From NCBI RefSeq assembly GCF_000011805.1, contig NC_006840.2: 32,000 bases of DNA; one strand, written 5' to 3'. Position numbers and translations under genes: made by a program. The notes under the pieces are model-generated. The model was not told where the DNA came from. It saw nothing but the letters and a program-made list of their open reading frames with translations, and ran no database searches. Below, piece after piece: positions 20,164 through 29,593 of the stretch (position 1 is the stretch's first letter; every line of letters begins with the position of its first letter). The DNA is from Aliivibrio fischeri ES114. Lineage in GTDB: Bacteria; Pseudomonadota; Gammaproteobacteria; Enterobacterales; Vibrionaceae.

Positions 20164-21069
20164 TTATTTATTCTTTTTGTTTCTAGCCATGAAAGCATCT
20201 GTGGTAAAGATAACTAATGCACCCCAAATAAACCCAAAAGTAATTGCTTTATCAGCACTAAATTCTTCCCCATATAATCCGACCGCTAGCAAGAACATTA
20301 AGCTTGGGCCTATATATTGGAAAAAGCCTAGTGTAGACAGTTTTAGCCGAGTAGCTGCTCCAGTAAAACAGAGTAATGGGACAGTTGTGATGATACCGGC
20401 AGCGATCAGCAACAGATTTAAGTTCAGCGTATTTTCACTAAAATTTGATGTCGCAGAATCAGCAATAAACAATAGATAAATTAGGGTAAGTGGTAACATC
20501 ACTAAGGTTTCTATAAATAATCCGGTTTGTGCATCCATTGCGACTTTTTTACGAAGTAATCCATAAAATCCAAAACTACACGCAAGCGCAATGGCGACAA
20601 CTGGAATTGAGCCAAAGGTTATTAGTTGGATTAGCACTCCAGCACTTGCAAATAGAACCGCGACCCATTGAAGCCGTCTTAATCGCTCCCCAAGAAAAAT
20701 CATTCCGAGAACAACGTTGAGCAGCGGATTAATGTAATAACCTAAGCTCGCGTCCAGCATATGTCCGGCATTTACAGCCCAGATAAATATCAGCCAATTA
20801 GCACCAATTAATACACTGGTTGTAATTAGATAAGTCATTTTTTTCTTATCTTTTAGTGTATTGATAACCGTTGCCCAGCCTTTGGAAAAAGAGAGTAATG
20901 CCGCCAAAAAGAAAAAAGACCAAATAACACGGTGACTTAAAATCTCTAAAGGAGAGACTTCGCTGATGGTTTTAAAATAAATTGGTGCAATGCCCCATAT
21001 GGTGTAAGCACCAAGAGCAAATAAGACACCCTGACGAGTGCGTTGTTGTTCGAGAGTCGTTGTTGGCAT
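20164..21069 (-). CDS. rarD: EamA/RarD family transporter
   Basis: 301 aa counted from the ATG at 21069 (MPTTTLEQQRTRQGVLFALGAY..), collinear with E. coli RarD by eye. The ORF-track start at 21321 adds an implausible 84 aa that overlap the recQ start. Confidence 0.88.
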   Translation of the reverse strand: MPTTTLEQQRTRQGVLFALGAYTIWGIAPIYFKTISEVSPLEILSHRVIWSFFFLAALLSFSKGWATVINTLKDKKKMTYLITTSVLIGANWLIFIWAVNAGHMLDASLGYYINPLLNVVLGMIFLGERLRRLQWVAVLFASAGVLIQLITFGSIPVVAIALACSFGFYGLLRKKVAMDAQTGLFIETLVMLPLTLIYLLFIADSATSNFSENTLNLNLLLIAAGIITTVPLLCFTGAATRLKLSTLGFFQYIGPSLMFLLAVGLYGEEFSADKAITFGFIWGALVIFTTDAFMARNKKNK

Positions 21070-21297
21070 ATGTGAGTTCTTAACAGTGCGAGTAAAATAG
21101 AAAAAAGAGAATGTCAGGAGTGACACTCTAAAGATATTATTATTTTCGCTAGTATATATGACGTTAGAAAAAGATGCTTTTTTAATCGTGTATTGAAGAT
21201 AATACAGTGTCGAATATGCCGTGTTTTTTCCTATTGCTCTTTTACTCACCGATAAGCATGGGTAGAATGAGCCTCCCATATTATTGATGAGTTTTTT

Positions 21298-23133
21298 ATG
21301 TCCAGCATGATCGCAGAGCAACCAATGGAAGAGGTGTCGCCAAGTTACACGGTTTTAAAAGACGTGTTTGGCTACCAAGAATTCCGTGTTGGACAAGAAG
21401 AAGTCATCAATGCCGTTCTTGATAGTAAAGATTGTCTTGTGATCATGCCGACAGGTGGCGGTAAATCATTGTGTTATCAGATCCCCGCATTGGTTTTTGA
21501 AGGGTTAACGTTAGTTATCTCTCCCTTAATATCCTTAATGAAAGACCAAGTTGATCAGCTTAAAGCGAATGGGGTTAAAGCGGAATGCTTAAACTCAACC
21601 ATTGAGCGTGAAGAGCAAATTGCTATTTGGAACCGAGTGAATTCGGGTCAGGTCAAAATGCTTTATGTGTCACCTGAGCGAGTGATGATGCGTGATTTTA
21701 TGGATCGTTTAGAGTCTCTAAACTTGTGTATGATCGCTGTTGATGAAGCGCACTGTATTTCTCAATGGGGTCACGATTTTCGTCCTGAATACGCATCTCT
21801 AGGACAGATTAAACAGCGCTTCCCTAGTGTTCCTATCATGGCTCTCACTGCGACTGCTGATGAAGCCACTCGTAAAGATATTCTACATCGTCTTTCTTTG
21901 CCTGAGCCGCATCAATACTTAGGCAGCTTTGATCGCCCAAATATTCGTTATACGGTATTAGAAAAGCATAAACCGGTGAGCCAGATCGTTCGTTATCTTG
22001 CGACTCAAAAAAATCAATGTGGTGTGATTTATTGTGGTAGTCGAAAGAAAGTTGAAATGCTGACTGAGAAGCTCTGCAACAACCATATTCGTGCGGCGTC
22101 TTATCACGCAGGTTTAGATTTGGATGAGCGTAATTACGTTCAAGAAGCCTTTCAACGAGATGATATTCAAATCGTTGTTGCGACGGTTGCTTTTGGTATG
22201 GGGATCAATAAATCCAACGTACGTTTTGTTGCTCACTTTGATATTCCAAAGAACATCGAATCTTATTACCAAGAGACAGGTCGAGCAGGGCGTGATGGTC
22301 TGCCAGCTGAAGCGGTCATGCTTTATGATCCTGCCGATATAGTTTGGTTAAGAAAACTGGTTGAAGAGAAGCCTGAAGGTCCTCAAAAGCTTGTAGAAAG
22401 TCATAAATTGAATGCTATGACCGCCTTTGCTGAAGCACAAACTTGTCGTCGTCAGGTTCTTTTAAACTATTTTGGTGAATACAGTGCTAAGCCCTGTGGT
22501 AACTGTGATGTGTGTTTAGATCCGCCAAAGCAATTTGATGGAACAGAAGCTGCACAAAAAGCACTTTCTTGTGTTTATCGAGTAAATCAAAGTTTTGGTG
22601 TTGGCTATGTGGTGGAAGTGCTACGTGGGCTTAAAATTGCTCGTATTCGTGAGCATGGGCACGATAAGTTATCGACTTACGGTATTGGCAAAGAACACAC
22701 CCATGAATACTGGGTAAGTATTATTCGTCAGTTAATTCATAAAGGATTATTGGTACAGAATATTACGCGCAACTCTACACTACAGCTTACGGAAGAAGCC
22801 CGTCCGATTTTAAAAGGACAAGAGCCGTTAGAGCTTGCGGTTCCACGACTGGATATTGCCGCTAAAACTGCCAAATCAGAGAAATTGAATAATCGTAATT
22901 ACGATAAGCAGTTGTTTGCTAAGTTACGTAAGCTGCGTAAATCCATCGCTGATCGAGATGACTTACCGCCTTATGTGGTATTCAGTGATGCAACCTTAAT
23001 GGATATGGCTGACATTTTACCTACCTCTTATGGAGAGATGTTAGCGGTAAATGGCGTAGGGCAGAAGAAACTCGAAAAATACGCAGATCCATTTTTAGAT
23101 TTAATTGAAATGCACTTAACAGGACAAGGATAA
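21298..23133 (+). CDS. recQ: ATP-dependent DNA helicase RecQ
   Basis: 611-aa ORF with '[12 protein letters not shown]', '[18 protein letters not shown]', a Zn motif 'CGNCDVC' and a C-terminal HRDC-like region. The exact start codon is uncertain because no clear Shine-Dalgarno sequence is present. Confidence 0.95.
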   Translation: MSSMIAEQPMEEVSPSYTVLKDVFGYQEFRVGQEEVINAVLDSKDCLVIMPTGGGKSLCYQIPALVFEGLTLVISPLISLMKDQVDQLKANGVKAECLNSTIEREEQIAIWNRVNSGQVKMLYVSPERVMMRDFMDRLESLNLCMIAVDEAHCISQWGHDFRPEYASLGQIKQRFPSVPIMALTATADEATRKDILHRLSLPEPHQYLGSFDRPNIRYTVLEKHKPVSQIVRYLATQKNQCGVIYCGSRKKVEMLTEKLCNNHIRAASYHAGLDLDERNYVQEAFQRDDIQIVVATVAFGMGINKSNVRFVAHFDIPKNIESYYQETGRAGRDGLPAEAVMLYDPADIVWLRKLVEEKPEGPQKLVESHKLNAMTAFAEAQTCRRQVLLNYFGEYSAKPCGNCDVCLDPPKQFDGTEAAQKALSCVYRVNQSFGVGYVVEVLRGLKIARIREHGHDKLSTYGIGKEHTHEYWVSIIRQLIHKGLLVQNITRNSTLQLTEEARPILKGQEPLELAVPRLDIAAKTAKSEKLNNRNYDKQLFAKLRKLRKSIADRDDLPPYVVFSDATLMDMADILPTSYGEMLAVNGVGQKKLEKYADPFLDLIEMHLTGQG

Positions 23134-23136
23134 GTC

Positions 23137-23427
23137 ATGAGTTTATTTTCAGTCATTGAGTTTGATAAAGAAGTAGGACGCATTATTTTTGCCATTCCTG
23201 AATTCGATTTTGATACCTTTAATGGCATGGGGAAGCAATTAGTATCTGCAATGGATGCAAAGGTGATAGAGCAGCAAGTGGATGCGGATTTGCATTCATG
23301 GCTCATTGATTTTGAAGGGACGCATTTGATGCTACGAGCAGAGCACTATTCAAACTCCGTATGGTTAGAAAGCTTATCTTCAGGAGAAGCGCTAGACGAA
23401 CTGAGCTTTATTGTTGGTTTGTTTTAA
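23137..23427 (+). CDS. small acidic protein of unknown function, translationally coupled to recQ
   Basis: 96-aa ORF. Its ATG lies 4 nt after the recQ stop, with AAGGA (23126-23130) inside the end of recQ. By my count it has about 17 D/E against 5 K/R residues. Confidence 0.65.
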   Translation: MSLFSVIEFDKEVGRIIFAIPEFDFDTFNGMGKQLVSAMDAKVIEQQVDADLHSWLIDFEGTHLMLRAEHYSNSVWLESLSSGEALDELSFIVGLF

Positions 23428-23445
23428 GTTGCTTAATTTTTAAAA

Positions 23446-23478
23446 GAAAACGGCTGTAAATATACAGCCGTTTTTTTT
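23446..23478. terminator. bidirectional terminator between the small ORF and convergent glpT
   Basis: Stem ACGGCTGTA / TACAGCCGT with loop AATA, flanked by AAAAGAAAA and TTTTTTTT. Confidence 0.85.
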
Positions 23479-23481
23479 GGA

Positions 23482-24846
23482 TTAAGCCATGTGACTTTCT
23501 TTCTCAATCTTTTCTTTATGATGCTTTTGCTCACCAATTAGTGCATAAGTTAGGCAAACAATAGAGATGACACAAGAGGCAACTAAGATCATAAAGCCAC
23601 CATCCCAACCAAAGTGGTCAACGGTATAACCAAGCAGTGCGTTCGCTGCAACGGCTCCACCAAGGTAACCAAATAATCCAGTTAATCCTGCCGCTGTACC
23701 CGCCGCCTTTTTAGGTGCTAATTCCAACGCATATAAACCAATAAGCATTACCGGACCATAGATTAAGAAACCAATAGCAACTAATGCGATCATATCAACG
23801 GTTGGGTTTCCTGCAGGGTTAAACCAGTAAACCAATACTGCAATAGTCACTAATGCCATAAATAGAATCCCAGCAGGCGCTCGTTTCCCTTTAAATAACT
23901 TATCAGAAATCCAACCACATAGAAGGGTGCCTGGAATACCAGCCCACTCATATAGGAAATATGCCCAAGAAGATTTATCAACAGTGAATTCTTTGGCTTC
24001 TTTTAAGTAAACAGGAGCCCAATCTAAAACGCCATAACGGATTAGGTAGACAAAGGCGTTGGCTATCGCAATAGACCACAATAATTTATTTGAAAAAACA
24101 TACTTGAAGAAGATTTCTTTCGCCGTCATTTCTGTTTCATATGCGGAATCATAATCATCTGGGTAGTCGTTTTTAAATTCTTCAATTGGCGGAAGACCGC
24201 ATGATTGAGGAGTATCTCTTACTGTTAACCAAACAAAAAAAGCAACAAGAAGAGCAAAGAAAGCTGGTACGTAAAACGCAGTTCGCCAATCATCATTAAA
24301 TGCCCATAAACCAAGAAGGAACATTGGGCCAATTAACCCGCCTCCAACGTTGTGTGCAACGTTCCATACCGAAACTATTTCACCACGCTCTTTTCTTGAC
24401 CACCAGTGCACCATGGTTCTACCACAGGCAGGCCATCCCATACCTTGAAACCAACCATTTAAAAATAACAAGATAAACATGGCGGTAATGCTGCCTGTTG
24501 CCCAAGGCATAAAGCCAAAACAAAACATAACGAGAGCAGACATGACCAAACCAGCACTGAGAAAATATCGAGGATTGGAACGGTCAGAAACACTTCCCAT
24601 TAAGAATTTAGATAAACCATAAGCGATAGATACCGCAGCTAGAGCAACCCCTAAATCGCCTCGACTGTATCCTTGTTCGATAAGGTAAGGCATTGCTAAA
24701 CTGAAGTTTTTTCGAACAAGATAGTATCCAGCATAACCAAAGAAAATGCCGAGAAAAAGTTGCCACCGTAACCGTTTATAAGTGCTATTGATTTCTCCTG
24801 TTGGGAGTTGTGCGATATGTGCTTTAGGTTTAAAAACACCAAACAT
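23482..24846 (-). CDS. glpT: glycerol-3-phosphate transporter (MFS, organophosphate:Pi antiporter)
   Basis: 454-aa ORF whose N-terminus '[44 protein letters not shown]' is collinear with E. coli GlpT. Confidence 0.94.
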   Translation of the reverse strand: MFGVFKPKAHIAQLPTGEINSTYKRLRWQLFLGIFFGYAGYYLVRKNFSLAMPYLIEQGYSRGDLGVALAAVSIAYGLSKFLMGSVSDRSNPRYFLSAGLVMSALVMFCFGFMPWATGSITAMFILLFLNGWFQGMGWPACGRTMVHWWSRKERGEIVSVWNVAHNVGGGLIGPMFLLGLWAFNDDWRTAFYVPAFFALLVAFFVWLTVRDTPQSCGLPPIEEFKNDYPDDYDSAYETEMTAKEIFFKYVFSNKLLWSIAIANAFVYLIRYGVLDWAPVYLKEAKEFTVDKSSWAYFLYEWAGIPGTLLCGWISDKLFKGKRAPAGILFMALVTIAVLVYWFNPAGNPTVDMIALVAIGFLIYGPVMLIGLYALELAPKKAAGTAAGLTGLFGYLGGAVAANALLGYTVDHFGWDGGFMILVASCVISIVCLTYALIGEQKHHKEKIEKESHMA

Positions 24847-24879
24847 AGCCGACCTCTTATTTTATTATTAATTTTCATT

Positions 24880-24908
24880 ATCGAACCTGCTTTTAGGTTC
24901 GTTCGAAA
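24880..24908. promoter_or_regulatory. inverted repeat with TTCG/CGAA cores (candidate DeoR/GlpR-type operator)
   Basis: CGAACCT (24882-24888) / AGGTTCG (24895-24901) is a perfect inverted repeat, followed by the palindrome TTCGAA (24902-24907). It lies 35-65 nt upstream of the glpT start. The half-site content resembles E. coli glp operators, but the spacing does not. Confidence 0.35.
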
Positions 24909-25058
24909 TTTTGGCTATTATTATAATGATTGATTTAGAAAACTGTGTCAGATGGTCGATTTGTATAAATAAAGAAGAGATGTTTTGAAGTTTGTGAGTG
25001 CGCTTAGACTATCCCCTGATTTGGTTAACGCCTTGCTCATTTTGGTTGTTTTTAAATC

Positions 25059-25086
25059 TTGTGATCAAAATCGGTTAATGTATAAT
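25059..25086 (+). promoter_or_regulatory. sigma70-type promoter candidate for the yhhQ leader
   Basis: TTGTGA (25059-25064), a 16-bp spacer, then TATAAT (25081-25086). Confidence 0.5.
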
Positions 25087-25149
25087 CACCGCCCTAAAAA
25101 TTGGCTAGAGTCATTACGTAAATAAACGGTGATTTTAGCTTTGTGTTTA

Positions 25150-25185
25150 ATTTGGGTTCCCTCGCCCCCAATGACAAAAAGGTAC
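25150..25185 (+). ncRNA. preQ1-I-like riboswitch (translational) in the yhhQ leader
   Basis: P1 is UUGGG (25152-25156) paired with CCCAA (25167-25171). The 10-nt loop begins UUC and ends in C. An A-rich tail UGACAAAAAGG follows. The GG of the Shine-Dalgarno sequence (25181-25182) can pair with loop CCU (25060s read as 25160-25162). The downstream gene is a queuosine-precursor transporter. Confidence 0.55.
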
Positions 25186-25189
25186 TTAT

Positions 25190-25861
25190 ATGAGTACATT
25201 TACGCCCGCGCAACAGCGCAACGCTTTATCTTTCCTTGTTGTATTCCATCTTGTAATTATCGCATCAAGCAACTATTTGGTTCAGTTACCCTTTACTATT
25301 TTTGGGTTTCATACCACCTGGGGTGCGTTTACCTTTCCATTCATTTTTCTCGCTACTGATTTAACGGTTCGTATTTTTGGTGCCAAAATGGCAAGAAGTA
25401 TTATCTTCTTTGTTATGTTGCCAGCATTAGCGGTATCGTATTTTTTATCGGTAGTATTTTTTGAAGGTCAGTACCAAGGTTTTTCTCAACTTGGCGAGTT
25501 TAATTTATTCGTTGCGCGTATTGCAGTAGCAAGCTTTATGGCTTATCTACTAGGACAAATTTTAGATGTGCATGTATTTAATCGTCTACGCCAATTAAAG
25601 CAGTGGTGGATAGCACCAACATGTTCTACTTTGTTTGGTAACGCATTAGATACACTGGCTTTCTTTAGCATTGCTTTCTACCAAAGTCCTGATGCCTTTA
25701 TGGCAGAGCATTGGACAGAAATTGCATTGGTTGATTATGGCTTCAAACTGGTGATCAGTTTAGGTTTGTTTGTTCCAATGTACGGCGTGCTACTGAATTA
25801 CCTAACTCGTAAGTTAACTTCTGAAGGTCATCAATTAGCGACACAACCTTCACAGGTGTAA
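25190..25861 (+). CDS. yhhQ: queuosine precursor transporter (YhhQ family)
   Basis: 223-aa ORF with 'SSNYLVQLP..GFHTTWGAF.FPFIFLATDLTVRIFG', collinear with E. coli YhhQ by eye. Confidence 0.9.
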   Translation: MSTFTPAQQRNALSFLVVFHLVIIASSNYLVQLPFTIFGFHTTWGAFTFPFIFLATDLTVRIFGAKMARSIIFFVMLPALAVSYFLSVVFFEGQYQGFSQLGEFNLFVARIAVASFMAYLLGQILDVHVFNRLRQLKQWWIAPTCSTLFGNALDTLAFFSIAFYQSPDAFMAEHWTEIALVDYGFKLVISLGLFVPMYGVLLNYLTRKLTSEGHQLATQPSQV

Positions 25862-25882
25862 GTTAAAATGATCCAAAGAAGA

Positions 25883-25910
25883 AAAGGCTAACATTATGTT
25901 GGCCTTTTTT
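25883..25910 (+). terminator. rho-independent terminator after yhhQ
   Basis: Stem AAAGGCTAACA / TGTTGGCCTTT (one G-T pair), loop TTA, then TTTTTT. Confidence 0.8.
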
Positions 25911-25975
25911 ATTACCTATATTATTGAAATAAAAGGGATATTGAAATTAGTTGAGATCTTTTCTCATTTACCTAT

Positions 25976-26004
25976 TGCATTCTAAATGAGAATGGTTATT
26001 ATTA
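25976..26004 (+). promoter_or_regulatory. ryhB promoter with overlapping Fur box
   Basis: TTGCAT (25976-25981), a 16-bp spacer, then TATTAT (25998-26003). The segment 25983-26001 matches the 19-bp Fur consensus GATAATGATAATCATTATC at 12 of 19 positions by my alignment, centred on AATGAGAAT. Confidence 0.6.
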
Positions 26005-26010
26005 ACTTGT

Positions 26011-26183
26011 CTTCAGGGAATACGCACACGGAGTTATCCGCACTATTTCAAGAAGGCACGACATTGCTCACATTGCTTCCAGTGTAAATCAGCTACATGA
26101 GCAGTGGTGGACGTACAAACGTATTACCATTGTTCTCTTTTTGCTGAGCGGCGCTTCATTTAAGAAGACGCCGCTTTTTTTTG
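26011..26183 (+). ncRNA. ryhB: iron-responsive sRNA RyhB
   Basis: Positions 26057-26084 (GCACGACATTGCTCACATTGCTTCCAGT) equal the conserved E. coli RyhB core as I remember it. The Fur-box promoter lies upstream. The terminator is AGCGGCG / CGCCGCT followed by T8 (26148-26183). The 5' end is inferred from the -10 element. Confidence 0.85.
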
Positions 26184-26274
26184 TCCGTTTTTTGAACTGA
26201 CAGCAAGAAATTTTATAAAAAATCCGATCGGGTTTGGTGAAAAATTTAGCAATAAAAAGGTGTGTTTAATATTA

Positions 26275-26317
26275 TTGTCCACAAAGCATGATCAAGAAAG
26301 GATCTCTTTGTGGATCG
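26275..26317. promoter_or_regulatory. inverted DnaA-box-like 9-mers enclosing three phased GATC sites
   Basis: TTGTCCACA (26275-26283) and TGTGGATCG (26309-26317). The inverted-repeat core is TCCACAAAG / CTTTGTGGA. GATC sites occur at 26290, 26301 and 26313, spaced 11 and 12 bp apart. Confidence 0.45.
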
Positions 26318-26416
26318 TTTTTATTGGTCTAAGTTTTTGATTTTTTAGTTTTTAATTTCTTTTTTCTTGATTGATAAATAAGTTATTAATTAAGCAAAAA
26401 ATAATTACAAACAGAG

Positions 26417-26425
26417 TTATCCACA
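26417..26425 (+). promoter_or_regulatory. consensus DnaA box upstream of polA
   Basis: Perfect TTATCCACA, about 90 bp upstream of the polA -10 candidate (TGgTATAGAAT, 26512-26522). E. coli polA is known to carry a DnaA box in its promoter region. Confidence 0.55.
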
Positions 26426-26561
26426 GAAGTGGAGGTTGTCTGAATAACTCTTTTTTTATGTGAATTAATGAGCAAAGCAGCGAAGGACAGTATTTTGTTG
26501 TTATTGAGTCATGGTATAGAATGAAATTCACTGATCATCAACCCTCTGGATATTACAGACT

Positions 26562-29360
26562 ATGGCAAGAATTCCTGATAATCCGTTTATTTTAGTAGAC
26601 GGCTCTTCTTATCTTTTCCGCGCATATCATGCTGCACCTAACTTCACTAATGGTGATGGACAACCAACAGGTGCGGTATATGGCGTAATTAACATGCTTC
26701 GTAGTCTGTTAAAGCAATTTGAAACCGATCGTATTGCGGTTATCTTCGATGCAAAGGGCAAAACGTTCCGTAATGATATGTACCCAGAGTACAAAGCAAA
26801 TCGTCCACCAATGCCTGATGATCTGCGTTGCCAGATTGAGCCACTACATAAGCTAATTAAAGCGATGGGCTTGCCTTTAGTTTCTATTCCAGGCGTAGAA
26901 GCGGATGATGTAATCGGTACGTTAGCTTCTCAAGCATCAAAAGCTGGGATCCCAGTTCTTATCAGTACTGGTGATAAGGATATGGCACAATTAGTTGATG
27001 AAAATGTCACTCTGATTAATACCATGACCAATGTGATTATGGATCCTGAAGGTGTGGTTGAGAAGTTTGGTATTGGTCCAGAGCTTATTATTGATTACTT
27101 AGCATTAATGGGCGATAAGGTGGATAACATTCCTGGTGTTCCAGGTGTTGGTGATAAAACCGCTAAAGCATTATTGCAAGGCATTGGTGGTTTAGATGCT
27201 TTATATGAACATCTTGATGATATTGCTCCTCTTGGTTTTCGTGGTTCTAAAACCATGGCTAAAAAGCTAATTGATAACAAAGAAGGGGCTTACCTTTCTT
27301 ATGAATTAGCAACGATTAAGTTGGATGTTGAACTGGATAAAACGCCAGAAGAGTTTGTTAAACAAGAGCCAAACGTAGATGAGTTGATTCAAATGTTTGG
27401 TCAAATGAACTTTAAGCGTTGGTTAACTGAAATGTTAGATGGAAGCGACGGTAAGATCGTTTCACATGAAACATCGTCTAATAGCGTATCAACTTCAAGT
27501 AAGCAAGATGATGCAGAAGAAGAGCTAATTGTTGCCGCTCAAGTAGATCGTTCAAAATACGAAACGATTTTAACTAAAGAAGCGTTTAGCGTATGGCTAG
27601 ATAAACTAAACAATGCTGATGTTGCGGCTTTTGATACTGAAACCGATAGTTTAGATTACATGGTGGCGAACCTTATTGGTTTATCATTTGCTGTAGAAGA
27701 AGGTGAAGCGGCTTATGTTCCCGTTGCACATGATTACCTTGATGCTCCAGAACAACTAGATCGTGATTGGGTACTTGAGCAATTAAAGCCGTATTTAGAA
27801 GATGACAATAAAGCAAAAGTTGGTCAAAACTTAAAGTACGATGCGAGCGTTTTAGCGCGTTATGATATCGAAATGAAAGGCATTAAATTCGATACTATGC
27901 TTGAGTCTTATGTGTATAACAGCGTTGCTGGTAAGCACAATATGGACAGTTTGGCACTGCGCTATCTTCAACATAACACCATTTCATTTGAAGAAATTGC
28001 AGGTAAAGGTAAAAAGCAATTAACCTTTAACCAAATCGCTTTAGAGCAAGCTGCACCTTATGCCGCTGAAGATGCGGATATCACATTGCGTCTGCACCAT
28101 GTATTGAACGCGAAATTAGAAGCCGATGAAAAACTAAAATCAGTATTTACAGATATTGAATTACCATTGGTATCTGTCCTTTCTCGTATGGAGAGAAAAG
28201 GCGTTTATATTGATGATATGTTGCTTTCAGCACAATCAGTTGAAATCGGTCAGCGTTTAGATGAGTTAGAAAAAGCAGCATTTGAAGTTGCTGGTGAAGA
28301 GTTCAATATGAATTCACCAAAACAACTTCAAACCATTCTATTTGAGAAAATGGAACTGCCAGTAATTAAGAAGACACCTTCTGGAGCGGCATCGACAAAT
28401 GAAGAAGTGCTGCAAGAGCTAGCGCTTGACTACCCATTGCCTAAATTGATTTTAGAGTATCGTGGCTTAGCGAAACTAAAATCGACCTATACAGATAAAC
28501 TTCCTAAGATGATTAACCCATCTACAGGTCGTGTGCATACTTCTTATCATCAAGCGGTAACAGCAACAGGCCGTTTATCATCGACAGATCCAAACTTACA
28601 GAATATCCCAATTCGTAACGAAGAAGGTCGTCGTATTCGCCAAGCGTTTGTTGCCCCTCATGGTTGGAAAATTCTAGCAGTCGATTACTCTCAAATTGAA
28701 TTGCGTATTATGGCTCATTTATCTCAAGATAAAGCGCTATTAGCGGCTTTCTCGGCTGGTAAAGATATTCACGCAGCGACAGCAGCAGAAGTGAAGGGCG
28801 TTTCTATTGAAGAGGTGACTTCAGAGGATCGTCGCCGTGCTAAGGCGATTAACTTTGGTTTAATCTACGGTATGAGTGCGTTTGGTCTTGCTAAGCAAAT
28901 TGGGATCCCTCGTGGCGAAGCACAAGATTACATGAATGTGTATTTTGAGCGTTACCCAGGAGTGATGCAGTACATGGAAGAGACTCGTTTATTAGCGACG
29001 GAACAAGGTTATGTTGAGACATTATATGGCCGTCGTCTGCATTTACCTGAAATCAATGCACGAAATGGTATGCGTCGTAAAGCCGCAGAACGTGCTGCGA
29101 TTAATGCCCCAATGCAAGGGACTGCTGCCGATATCATTAAGAAAGCGATGATCTTGGTTGATGAATGGGTTGAAACTGAAGGAAAAGATCGTGTGAATCT
29201 TTTAATGCAAGTACACGATGAATTGGTTTTTGAAGTAAAAGAAGACGCATTAGATGAAGTGACGACTAAAGTAAGAGAACTAATGGAGCAAGCTGCTCAA
29301 CTTGATGTTCCACTCGTTGCTGAAGCCGGTTTTGGTAATAACTGGGATGAAGCGCACTAA
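26562..29360 (+). CDS. polA: DNA polymerase I
   Basis: 932-aa ORF, collinear with E. coli PolA by eye across the 5'-nuclease, 3'-5' exonuclease ('FDTETDSL') and polymerase domains ('DYSQIELR', 'QVHDELVFE'). Confidence 0.97.
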   Translation: MARIPDNPFILVDGSSYLFRAYHAAPNFTNGDGQPTGAVYGVINMLRSLLKQFETDRIAVIFDAKGKTFRNDMYPEYKANRPPMPDDLRCQIEPLHKLIKAMGLPLVSIPGVEADDVIGTLASQASKAGIPVLISTGDKDMAQLVDENVTLINTMTNVIMDPEGVVEKFGIGPELIIDYLALMGDKVDNIPGVPGVGDKTAKALLQGIGGLDALYEHLDDIAPLGFRGSKTMAKKLIDNKEGAYLSYELATIKLDVELDKTPEEFVKQEPNVDELIQMFGQMNFKRWLTEMLDGSDGKIVSHETSSNSVSTSSKQDDAEEELIVAAQVDRSKYETILTKEAFSVWLDKLNNADVAAFDTETDSLDYMVANLIGLSFAVEEGEAAYVPVAHDYLDAPEQLDRDWVLEQLKPYLEDDNKAKVGQNLKYDASVLARYDIEMKGIKFDTMLESYVYNSVAGKHNMDSLALRYLQHNTISFEEIAGKGKKQLTFNQIALEQAAPYAAEDADITLRLHHVLNAKLEADEKLKSVFTDIELPLVSVLSRMERKGVYIDDMLLSAQSVEIGQRLDELEKAAFEVAGEEFNMNSPKQLQTILFEKMELPVIKKTPSGAASTNEEVLQELALDYPLPKLILEYRGLAKLKSTYTDKLPKMINPSTGRVHTSYHQAVTATGRLSSTDPNLQNIPIRNEEGRRIRQAFVAPHGWKILAVDYSQIELRIMAHLSQDKALLAAFSAGKDIHAATAAEVKGVSIEEVTSEDRRRAKAINFGLIYGMSAFGLAKQIGIPRGEAQDYMNVYFERYPGVMQYMEETRLLATEQGYVETLYGRRLHLPEINARNGMRRKAAERAAINAPMQGTAADIIKKAMILVDEWVETEGKDRVNLLMQVHDELVFEVKEDALDEVTTKVRELMEQAAQLDVPLVAEAGFGNNWDEAH

Positions 29361-29453
29361 TCTTGTGTCACAGTCATTTGAATAAATGCATCTATCGATT
29401 AGTTACGTTACTGATTAAATTGTAATTCAGTTACAACTGAAATTAAAACTATG

Positions 29454-29479
29454 AGCCAGCGCACGCGTTGGCTTTTTTT
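29454..29479 (+). terminator. rho-independent terminator after polA
   Basis: Stem AGCCAGCG / CGTTGGCT (one G-T pair), a 4-nt loop, then T7. Confidence 0.8.
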
Positions 29480-29593
29480 GGCCTAAAATAAAGTGAAGTT
29501 TGTCAGGTATTTGTTGTGTTTTTTGATACGAAACTGAAAAAAAATTACAAATAAAGGTTTTCAAAACTGTTCGTTTGTTGTACATTTATCTGC

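Noticed and set aside
21070-21321. 84-aa N-terminal extension of rarD in the ORF track (start at 21321).
   Set aside because: The extension has no similarity to RarD, overlaps the recQ start codon region and covers the divergent promoter spacer. The ATG at 21069 gives the conserved RarD N-terminus.
24993-25008. CRP-like site TGTGA-GTGCGC-TTAGA in the glpT/yhhQ spacer, a similar one-armed match at about 14750-14766, and AGTGA-AGTTTG-TCAGG at about 29495-29510 upstream of spf.
   Set aside because: In each case one half-site is good and the other is poor (3/5 or fewer). They are not distinguishable from chance without a scored PSSM scan.
26011-26183. Initial idea that this GGA-containing structured RNA was a CsrB/CsrC-type sponge, by analogy with csrC near yihA in E. 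coli.
   Set aside because: It has only three or four GGA motifs with no repeated hairpin-GGA architecture. The exact RyhB core and the Fur-box promoter explain it better.
26275-26317. Possibility that the GATC/DnaA-box element is the crtS site that licenses secondary-chromosome replication in Vibrionaceae.
   Set aside because: As I recall, crtS maps to a different, conserved neighbourhood that is not adjacent to polA, and I cannot match a crtS consensus from memory. It remains a testable side question in the finding and is not called.
26288-26332. 14-aa ORF (MIKKGSLCGSFLLV) inside the GATC/DnaA-box cluster.
   Set aside because: It has no ribosome-binding site and is too short. The sequence is better explained as a protein-binding DNA element.
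29426-29441. Palindrome TTCAGTTACAACTGAA in the polA 3' UTR, and TGTGTCACA right after the polA stop (29364-29372).
   Set aside because: These are short dyads that can also be read as small 3'-UTR hairpins upstream of the true polA terminator. There is no supporting context for a regulatory role.
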